From: Promethearchaeota archaeon
GTDB lineage: Archaea; Asgardarchaeota; Lokiarchaeia; Sigyniarchaeales; SOKP01
Length of the DNA: 20,279 nucleotides
Assembly: GCA_048939995.1 (NCBI GenBank)
Contig: JBHLOY010000028.1
Coordinates: forward strand, 1 to 20,279
Reading direction: 5' to 3'
This document shows, piece after piece, positions 1 through 7,332 of the stretch. Below the pieces are notes generated by a model. That model was not told the origin of the DNA. It saw nothing but the letters and a program-made list of their open reading frames with translations, and did not search any database. Made by a program: the position numbers and the translations under genes. The first letter of the stretch is position 1. Each line of letters begins with the position of its first letter.

Positions 1-15
1 AGGTTATTGTACAAA

Positions 16-999
16 ATGGAATTGTTCCAAGCTTTTTGGGACGATCAAAAGAAACTTTTCCTTGAATTCGAAAAAGATAAAGAAGAACAATTTATTATTC
101 TACCTAATAAAATAAGATATTTGAATATACACTTTGAAATCTCTAAAATTCTAGATCAAGATATAATCTCGATACAGCCCCCTCTTATCATTTCAATAAA
201 AGAAATTTATCATTCGAATATGTGTTTATCTTTTTCTATTGACTTAGATGAATTTAGAAATGCAGAAGATCTTCAAATACAGATAACTCGCCTTGTTATA
301 TTTCTGAAAAGTGGTCATCGCATAGAATATACATTTACAGAAAGGTTTAACCTCTCTGATCTTTGGGTAAATTATGATTGTTATTCTGGTTATGATTTTG
401 AAGATTTAAGTTCAAAAAACCGGTATAAACAAAAAATTACAAAAGAGAGATTATATGAAGAAATTCAAAAGGATTTAACTAAAAATCAAGAAACAAAAAC
501 ATTAATCATTGAGAAGCAAAGTATAGAAAAAACTGTAGAAAATGATTCTTTTATTGAGATTATTAAAGAAAATAATGATACATTAAAGGTTATTGCTAAT
601 GAATTAAAAAATTTGACAACCGTTTTAAAAAGTCTTTCTTTTTTTAATCCAAACCAAAATTACTTACCTTCACTACAATCAACTGGTGAATCTACTGTTG
701 AAAGAAGAAAATCTCCTCCATCAAAGCCAAGGTTTCCTCCCCAAGGAGAGACTTCATCACCTAAAGTATTAGTTATTAAAGAAATGAAAGAAATTTTTTA
801 TAAGAATATTGAAAAGAATAATTCATTTAATATTAAAGATATCTTAAAACCTCTGACTGAGGATGAATTAAAACAAATTACTTTAAATGAGGAAGAATTG
901 AAAAAAAGAGAGGAAAAGGCTATTGAAAATCAAATTAAGCGATTCAATAAGGAAAAAGAAACATTGGTAGCATTAGAAGATTTGAAGGAGCCAAAATAA
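16..999 (+). CDS. Hypothetical protein with a globular N-terminal half, a Pro-rich linker and a charged helical C-terminus
   Basis: Long ORF (TTG at 7 or ATG at 16; the start is near the window edge). Contains RRKSPPSKPRFPPQ and an E/K-rich tail. No family recognised. Confidence 0.75.
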   Translation: MELFQAFWDDQKKLFLEFEKDKEEQFIILPNKIRYLNIHFEISKILDQDIISIQPPLIISIKEIYHSNMCLSFSIDLDEFRNAEDLQIQITRLVIFLKSGHRIEYTFTERFNLSDLWVNYDCYSGYDFEDLSSKNRYKQKITKERLYEEIQKDLTKNQETKTLIIEKQSIEKTVENDSFIEIIKENNDTLKVIANELKNLTTVLKSLSFFNPNQNYLPSLQSTGESTVERRKSPPSKPRFPPQGETSSPKVLVIKEMKEIFYKNIEKNNSFNIKDILKPLTEDELKQITLNEEELKKREEKAIENQIKRFNKEKETLVALEDLKEPK

Positions 1000-1032
1000 A
1001 TAATATTTTATTTTAATAAAAATTTAATTGAG

Positions 1033-1052
1033 CTAAAACATTTATTTATATT
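1033..1052 (+). promoter_or_regulatory. Putative BRE/TATA promoter of the GPN GTPase gene
   Basis: CTAAAACA followed by TTTATTTATATT about 20-30 nt upstream of a GGAGG ribosome-binding motif at 1071-1075. Confidence 0.45.
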
Positions 1053-1082
1053 TAATGGAAATTTTCGAAGGGAGGACAAATC

Positions 1083-1859
1083 ATTCTATTAAATTATTTC
1101 ATTGGTACTGCTGGAAGTGGAAAATCTTCTTTAACTGGTCAATTAAAAGATTATGTCTTAAATAGAGACCCCGAAATTAATGCTATTACTCTTAATTTAG
1201 ATCCTGGAGTTAAAATTTTGCCTTATACTCCAGATATTGATATAAGAGATTTTATTGTTCTAGAAGAAGTGATGATAGAATATGGATTAGGTCCTAATGG
1301 TGCAATGATATTATCTTCAGATTTAATGGTAAACTACCTAGATGAGATAAAAGATGAGATTGATGAATATAACCCTGATTGGATTTTTGTTGATACTGCC
1401 GGACAGTTAGAATTATTTGCTTTTAGAGATACAGGACCTTTAATTGCAAGTTCTCTAGGATTTGGGTACATACAGAGAGCTGTATCATTTCTTTTTGATT
1501 CAAATTTAGTACTCAGACCAAATGGTTTTATCTCAACATTGCTTTTGGCTGCTTCAGTTCAGTTTAGATTTAGAAAAATCTCACAAATAAATGCTTTATC
1601 AAAAGTAGATTTGATCTCAGATGACCAAATTGACATGATAGTTAATTGGAGTCAAGATTTTAAAGCACTAGAAGATTCTACAAATGAACGTGAAAGTGGA
1701 TTAATACGTGAATTATCAATGCTTATTTCAGACGTTTTTGTGCAAATGGGATCAACCTCAGAATTAATACCTTGCTCAATAAGAGAAGAAAATGGACTTG
1801 ATCTACTTTTTGGTGCATTACAAAGAGTTTTTGACTCTGATAAATCCAAATTTTATTAA
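1083..1859 (+). CDS. GPN-loop GTPase (archaeal GPN/PAB0955-like); start extended upstream of the ORF-track call to a probable ATT codon
   Basis: The frame upstream of 1218 is open and encodes ILLNYFIGTAGSGKSS (Walker A) and NLDPG. The ORF then has YGLGPNG (GPN loop), DTAGQLE (G3) and SKVD (G4). An in-frame TAA at 1053-1055 bounds it. GGAGG lies at 1071-1075. Confidence 0.9.
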   Translation: MLLNYFIGTAGSGKSSLTGQLKDYVLNRDPEINAITLNLDPGVKILPYTPDIDIRDFIVLEEVMIEYGLGPNGAMILSSDLMVNYLDEIKDEIDEYNPDWIFVDTAGQLELFAFRDTGPLIASSLGFGYIQRAVSFLFDSNLVLRPNGFISTLLLAASVQFRFRKISQINALSKVDLISDDQIDMIVNWSQDFKALEDSTNERESGLIRELSMLISDVFVQMGSTSELIPCSIREENGLDLLFGALQRVFDSDKSKFY

Positions 1860-1903
1860 ATTTTCACTAAATTTAATTATATAGAAAGAACTTGTAAAAT
1901 GAA

Positions 1904-3001
1904 ATGAAAATTATTGGACCAATAGCAGGAATAGGTTCAAGGTTACGACCTTTTACATTGAGTAAGCCGAAAACATTCATAAATATAGCTGGAAAAACCG
2001 TATTAGAACATATCTTAGATAAATTTGAAAACACTTTTGAATCAAATACTGAACTAATCCTTATCGTAGGATATAAGAAAGAGCAAATTACAGATTTTGT
2101 AAAAAAAAAGTATGAAAATAAATTCAAACTAGTTTTTAAAGAACAAACTCCGCGTGGATACAATGATGATGTCCCTTTCTTTTGGGGTTTAGCTGATGCG
2201 GTGTATTTAGCTAGCGATCAATTCAAAGAACGCTCTATTAGTTCTAAGGATGAAGATAAAAGGGAAGGTTCTTTAATTTTTCTTGCAGATATGATTCCTA
2301 TTGATGAATATTCATATATAATGTATCGCTATTTTGAATCCGATGTAGATGGGATAATTACAGTAATGGAAGTTCCCCAAGAGAATGCTAGTTCCTATGG
2401 AATTGTTTCTGTTGATGAAAACTCTATCATAAGGAAATTGGTTGAAAAACCAAAAGATTTTATCTCGAATTTAGCAATTGCTGGTCCTTATGCTTTCTCC
2501 TATTCAGCGACTAAAGCGCTTTTCAAGCATATTAAAGGCTATCTTAATAAAAAAAATGAAAATACAAAAGAAATATATTTAACTGAAAGTTTGCAAGATT
2601 TAGTCAATGAGGGTTTTAAGATAGCTGCGGTTAATTTAAAGCAAGGGATTCTAGATTTTGGTAGACCGTCTGAACTTCTAAATGGTAATAAGTATCTATT
2701 AGAACATTATTCTACTGGTAAGGAGGAATATAAAGAGTTTAATATTTCTGTTAAAAAATCCTTTATTAAAAACACTGTTTTTATAGGTAACAATTCTGAA
2801 ATAATTAATTCAGTAATTGGTCCATATGTATCCATAGGAGATTGTTCCAAGATCGAGAATTGTATATTAGATAATTGTGTAATTGAAAAAAATGCGGTTC
2901 TTAAAAATATAATCTCCAGCAGTTCTATTATTGGAAGTAATGTCCAAGTAGAAAATATTAGTAAGGATAATTTAATAATTGGAGATAAGAGTGTTTTCTA
3001 G
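1904..3001 (+). CDS. Sugar-phosphate nucleotidyltransferase (glucose-1-P thymidylyltransferase/NTP_transferase family) with C-terminal left-handed beta-helix
   Basis: N-terminal AGIGSRLRPFTLSKPK signature, YGIV...LVEKP and DFGRP motifs, and hexapeptide repeats (IINSVIGPYVSIG). Confidence 0.9.
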   Translation: MKIIGPIAGIGSRLRPFTLSKPKTFINIAGKTVLEHILDKFENTFESNTELILIVGYKKEQITDFVKKKYENKFKLVFKEQTPRGYNDDVPFFWGLADAVYLASDQFKERSISSKDEDKREGSLIFLADMIPIDEYSYIMYRYFESDVDGIITVMEVPQENASSYGIVSVDENSIIRKLVEKPKDFISNLAIAGPYAFSYSATKALFKHIKGYLNKKNENTKEIYLTESLQDLVNEGFKIAAVNLKQGILDFGRPSELLNGNKYLLEHYSTGKEEYKEFNISVKKSFIKNTVFIGNNSEIINSVIGPYVSIGDCSKIENCILDNCVIEKNAVLKNIISSSSIIGSNVQVENISKDNLIIGDKSVF

Positions 3002-3112
3002 ATATAAACAATTTAAAAATTAAGAATTTTAAAAAACGTTATTTACTTCTTTAAAATATATTTACTAAGGATCAAAATAAAAATAATGAAATCAACTTAA
3101 AAGTGATCTATA

Positions 3113-4441
3113 ATGCCATATAATATAGCTTTTGATGTTGCACATAAACCTCGAGGCAAGCTCGATGAAAATTTAAGTGAAATGAGAGATTTTCTCAATG
3201 ATAATGGATTTGTATGTTATAACTTTTTAGAAACTCCTATTACTCAAATCTCTTTAAAACCTTTTGATATATTAATATTTGTATGTCCAGATTTTGCTAA
3301 GATTTCCCCCATGGAAATAACAGAAATAGTCAATTGGGTGAACGAAGATGGTGGAGGCTTGCTTTTATTGTCTCATGCGGGAGGTGATAGAGGTAGGAGT
3401 AGCAATTTAAATGAATTAAGCCAGGAATTTGGTATAGCATTTGAGAATGATCAAGTATTAGATGAAACATATAACTTGGGTATGGAAAATATGCCTATTA
3501 TTACCTCATTTATACCACCGCATCCAATAACAAACGGAATAAATTCTTTGTGTTATCGTTCTGGATGTTCTCTCACCATTATAGGGTCTGCTTTCTCTAT
3601 TGCATCTTCTAATGAGACTTCAGAACCATTTTCAACGCCATTATTGTGCGTTTCTGAAGTAGAAAATGGTAGAGTATGTGCAATAGGTAGTTATGAAATG
3701 CTTCGAGATAAGGTAAGTGGTGGTTTTAATTATGATGATCACCCAAAGTTAATTTATAACCTATTTAACTGGCTTCTTTCTGATTATAGAATAGATTTAC
3801 ACTCAAAAGGAGAAATTCCTGAAATTGCCCCCCAACCAGAACAATCTCCTGTTTCAACTCCCGAATTTACCTCAAAAACAGTTGTTTCAACGCCTATTAA
3901 AAAAAAAACATTAGATATCGATTTTTCAATAAAAATAACAAAGAAAGAAGAATTAATTGAATTACTAAAAATTTTTCAAAACCAGATTAACAGGATACAG
4001 AATACTATAGATAAATTAATTAATTTTTTAGGAAGTTCTAATAATCAATCAGTAATATTACCCCCCCCACCTGCTCAGGAAGAAACAAATCAAGATCTTG
4101 GAATATTAGAACCACCTGATGATTTGAAACTAACAGAATTACCGCCTAAACCAGATAAATTAAAAAAATCAGAATCTGATATATTTATTGGCCTTCCATT
4201 AGAGGAAAAAGCTAAGTCCATTCCCAAAGCTAAGAAAAAGCAAAAAAAGAAAGATTTAATAGCAGAAAAAGATGCTTTAGAAAGCAAGTTAAATTCAGTA
4301 CGTAATTTATTAGATTTCGTTGAAAAGAAACATAAGGCAGGAACTATAGATAAGAAAGATTATGAAAAAAGGATAAATCAGCTGAAAGCAGACATTAATA
4401 GAACAAAAGAAAGAATTGATGAAATTAATAAACTGCTCTAA
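3113..4441 (+). CDS. GIFT (GldG/IFT52, class I GATase-like fold) domain protein with Pro-rich linker and coiled-coil C-terminus
   Basis: Motifs IAFDVAH, DILIFVCP, GGGLLLLSHAGGD, NLNELSQEFGIAFENDQV, HPITNGI, GRVCAIGS and NLFNWL match the GIFT/DUF4350-type pattern. No signal peptide or TM segment. Confidence 0.7.
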   Translation: MPYNIAFDVAHKPRGKLDENLSEMRDFLNDNGFVCYNFLETPITQISLKPFDILIFVCPDFAKISPMEITEIVNWVNEDGGGLLLLSHAGGDRGRSSNLNELSQEFGIAFENDQVLDETYNLGMENMPIITSFIPPHPITNGINSLCYRSGCSLTIIGSAFSIASSNETSEPFSTPLLCVSEVENGRVCAIGSYEMLRDKVSGGFNYDDHPKLIYNLFNWLLSDYRIDLHSKGEIPEIAPQPEQSPVSTPEFTSKTVVSTPIKKKTLDIDFSIKITKKEELIELLKIFQNQINRIQNTIDKLINFLGSSNNQSVILPPPPAQEETNQDLGILEPPDDLKLTELPPKPDKLKKSESDIFIGLPLEEKAKSIPKAKKKQKKKDLIAEKDALESKLNSVRNLLDFVEKKHKAGTIDKKDYEKRINQLKADINRTKERIDEINKLL

Positions 4442-4482
4442 GCTTCTTTAATTTTAAAAAAAGTATTTAGGATTATTTAAAA

Positions 4483-4962
4483 CTAATGATGACCACATCC
4501 ACAACCACAAGCTCCAGGAGGATCTGGTTCACAACCCGTTTCTATAATCTTAATTTTGAAATTTAGATTTTTTCCTGCTAAAGGATGATTCATATCTATT
4601 GTAACTGAATTATCTTCAATTTCAGTTATCCTTGCTATTGAATGACTTCCATTAGGTGCATCAATTCTTAAAATCATCCCTATTTCTGGTTCAATATCTT
4701 TTGGGAATTGATCTCGACCTATTTTATGTTGTAATGTTGGATTAAATTCTCCATAAGCCTCTGACGGTGGAAGAGTAATTGAAAATTCTTCTCCAGTATT
4801 TTTTCCAATCATAGCCTTATCAAAACCATTTATAACGTGTCCAGAGCCAACTTCGAACTTTAAAGGAACGCCATTATTTAATTCTGTGCTATCAAATATT
4901 GTGCCATCTTCTAAACGACCTTCATATTCAACTTTAATTATATCCCCTTTTTTTATTACCAT
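4483..4962 (-). CDS. slyD: FKBP-type peptidyl-prolyl cis-trans isomerase, SlyD-like, with short Cys/His tail
   Basis: YEGRLEDGTIFDST, PSEAYG and DMNHPLAGKNLNFKI motifs; C-terminal CGCGCGHH. Confidence 0.92.
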   Translation of the reverse strand: MVIKKGDIIKVEYEGRLEDGTIFDSTELNNGVPLKFEVGSGHVINGFDKAMIGKNTGEEFSITLPPSEAYGEFNPTLQHKIGRDQFPKDIEPEIGMILRIDAPNGSHSIARITEIEDNSVTIDMNHPLAGKNLNFKIKIIETGCEPDPPGACGCGCGHH

Positions 4963-5077
4963 ATAAATCTTATTTCCTTTTTTTAAGTAAAATAAATAAC
5001 CAGATTTAATAATTAAATTGTTTATAAATTAAAAATATATAGAATCTAATTCTTTAAAATAATAAATCCAAAAATTC

Positions 5078-5923
5078 TCATGATTTTGAGAATCCGCCAT
5101 GATGGAATTCTATACTAAAATCTTTTATTTTTTCTTTAAGACAAAAATCTCTTATTGCTTGTTCTATTATATCCCATCTCGAATGATTAAGCCTAAAATC
5201 TTGATATAATGATAATAACGCAGGATAATAATCTTTTATAAGCTTCATAATACGAGGAATATTATGGGGACGGAAATTAAGATTTTCAAACATATAATAG
5301 TCAGTATAGGGTTTTGATACTCTAATGATTTCTTGAAAGTTTGTTAGTTCTGGAAAGAACGGAGAAATAAATGTATATGTCCTAATACGATTCTTATGTA
5401 TTTCTTTTAAGGCCATCAGTCGCTCTAATGGTTTGGAAGCACCACGTTCAATTATATTAGAAAGATTTTCATCTAACGTACTAATTGAGATGCCAACTTC
5501 GATATTAGCGAATTTTTTAAATAAATCAATATCCCTGACGACAAACTTAGATTTAGTTAAAATTGTTATTTCTGCTTTTGTTCCAACCAGATTTTCTAAA
5601 ATTCCTCTGGTGTTTTTGTATTTTAATTCTAAAGGAATATAAGGATCAGTCACTGAGCTCAATAAAATCCTTTTATCATCATACTTTTGAGGTTTTATCT
5701 TTTTTAAATCGAATCTTTTTATATCTAAAAACTGTCCCCATTTATCTCCCTTATGATTTGTAAATCTTATCATAAATTCAGCATAACAATAAATACACCC
5801 ATGTTGACAACCGATATAAGGATTAATGACAAAATCAACGTCTGGTATATTTGACTTTGTAATAATGCTTTTAGCTTCTCGATATTGTATTTTCATTTTA
5901 CTAGATTCATTATTTCTAAACAA
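5078..5923 (-). CDS. Radical SAM protein, spore-photoproduct-lyase-like/Rv2578c-type family
   Basis: INPYIGCQHGCIYCYA (CxxxCxxC), SSVTDPY and ILTKS..VVRDIDL motifs. The start is TTG at 5923 or ATG at 5896. Confidence 0.88.
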   Translation of the reverse strand: MFRNNESSKMKIQYREAKSIITKSNIPDVDFVINPYIGCQHGCIYCYAEFMIRFTNHKGDKWGQFLDIKRFDLKKIKPQKYDDKRILLSSVTDPYIPLELKYKNTRGILENLVGTKAEITILTKSKFVVRDIDLFKKFANIEVGISISTLDENLSNIIERGASKPLERLMALKEIHKNRIRTYTFISPFFPELTNFQEIIRVSKPYTDYYMFENLNFRPHNIPRIMKLIKDYYPALLSLYQDFRLNHSRWDIIEQAIRDFCLKEKIKDFSIEFHHGGFSKS

Positions 5924-6508
5924 TTAAGATTGATAATTTGGTATAAATTCATATAAGACATCTTCTTCTAGTTTTAAAAGAAATTCTGAATTGATTTCAT
6001 TAATTGGAATTCGCTTTGTTCCTTTTATGTTAAAATCTTCATTCTCTATACCTAATTTATACCAATGTTTTAATAGGCCTATTCTCTTAAGATTATAAGT
6101 TTCTAAAAGATTAATTATAAACTTTATCCATTTTTCTATTTCTTGATTAACTTCAATAGGAACCTTCTTTCGACTTGATTTATGTAATTTAGATTTAATT
6201 TTTCCTCTAATCCAATTTTGAATCTGTTCATTTGTGCATCCTTTTTTCTTTAGGGTTTTTACCTTTTTAGATTTAATTAGCTTTTGATATTGTTGTAAAG
6301 GATTATTAGATCCAAGTACACTGTCACAATCACAATAATCCTTGGTCGCTCTTAAATACAAATCCCCTGGTCTTAATTGAGACTTTATTTTTTTATTTTC
6401 AATAGGAGAAAAATCCATATTAAACTCTACAAAAATTGGTTTTAAATCATCTAAATTTGTTTTCTCTGGTAGGGTTGACGTGATGTAATAACACAAATTA
6501 AACACCAT
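5924..6508 (-). CDS. Hypothetical protein, possibly metal-binding
   Basis: 194-aa ORF abutting the radical SAM gene, with N-terminal CYYIT, internal YCDCDS and LLKHWY. Confidence 0.75.
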   Translation of the reverse strand: MVFNLCYYITSTLPEKTNLDDLKPIFVEFNMDFSPIENKKIKSQLRPGDLYLRATKDYCDCDSVLGSNNPLQQYQKLIKSKKVKTLKKKGCTNEQIQNWIRGKIKSKLHKSSRKKVPIEVNQEIEKWIKFIINLLETYNLKRIGLLKHWYKLGIENEDFNIKGTKRIPINEINSEFLLKLEEDVLYEFIPNYQS

Positions 6509-6582
6509 ATATTTAATATTTTTGATACAAAAATTAAAAAATAAATTAAATAGAGATTAACCTGGAGTACGATCTGGTTACC

Positions 6583-7002
6583 CTACTTGATAACATCAGT
6601 TATAAAGCATGTTTCCATTATTTTTACTCCTTTAATTTGGGAAATTTTTTCTTCGATTAAAGGATTGAATTGTTCTATTGAAGGAATCTCAACTTTGACT
6701 AATAAGCCACAATCACCACTAAGGCGCCAAATGTCAGTTATTTCTTCAATTTGATTTAGTTCTTTCATAATTGTCTTTATTTCCTTGAAATCAGGTTCTA
6801 TCTTTACTGTAGCTCTTGTTTTAGGTTTTGAATTTATAACATATTCAATTGTATATCTCTTAATGATCCCTTCCTCTTCTAATTTTTTAACACGCCTTCT
6901 AACAGTAGCTTCTGTTTTACCTACTTGTTTACTTATATCATTAAAAGAGACTCTACTGTTTTCCTTTAATTCTTCAAGAATTTTTAAATCTATTACATCC
7001 AT
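6583..7002 (-). CDS. Lrp/AsnC family transcriptional regulator
   Basis: MDVIDLKILEELKENSRVSFNDISKQVGKTEATVRRRVKKLEEEGII HTH plus a RAM domain (LSGDCGLLVKV). GAGGT RBS upstream. Confidence 0.93.
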   Translation of the reverse strand: MDVIDLKILEELKENSRVSFNDISKQVGKTEATVRRRVKKLEEEGIIKRYTIEYVINSKPKTRATVKIEPDFKEIKTIMKELNQIEEITDIWRLSGDCGLLVKVEIPSIEQFNPLIEEKISQIKGVKIMETCFITDVIK

Positions 7003-7281
7003 TAATTTTACCTCATAGGATTAATTCTATGTATATGATATTATTTTACAGTTTCTCTATATCCTAATTATTAATTGTGATAAATCAGTATATATTTTTT
7101 TTCTTTTTACTATTAATTATAATACTAGTATTTCGTGGATTCTTCATTTTGTCGATAACAATAAAAACCTATGTAGTATTTTCACACATGATTTATAAAC
7201 TTCTATAAATTGTTTGATAATTTTTCAGATTTTCAATAAAATTTAATGGAATTAAGTAAATCTATATGAATTTTGATTATT

Positions 7282-7298
7282 TTAATTGTCACAATTAA
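7282..7298. promoter_or_regulatory. Palindromic operator candidate TTAATTGT-C-ACAATTAA upstream of the xylulokinase TATA
   Basis: Perfect 8-bp inverted repeat directly upstream of TTTTAAAA (~7299-7306), about 26 nt before the ATG at 7333. Confidence 0.45.
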
Positions 7299-7332
7299 TT
7301 TTAAAATTTAAGATAATACATTTTTTCAAAAT

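Noticed and set aside
700-860. Pro-rich segment followed by a helix and ..ILKPL, reminiscent of a WH2 actin-binding motif
   Set aside because: The spacing and the LKK(T/V) motif fit poorly; it cannot be supported without a profile search.
1652-2163. Minus-strand ORFs 1652..1849 and 1873..2163
   Set aside because: Antisense shadows of the GPN GTPase and nucleotidyltransferase; no motifs.
4062-4068. Poly-C run (and several A/T homopolymers elsewhere) as phase-variation sites
   Set aside because: The run encodes a poly-Pro linker in an intact frame, and A/T runs are expected in such AT-rich DNA.
4090-7018. Short ORFs 4090..4287, 5433..5642, 5563..5763 and 6785..7018
   Set aside because: They overlap well-supported genes on the opposite strand and have shadow-like composition.
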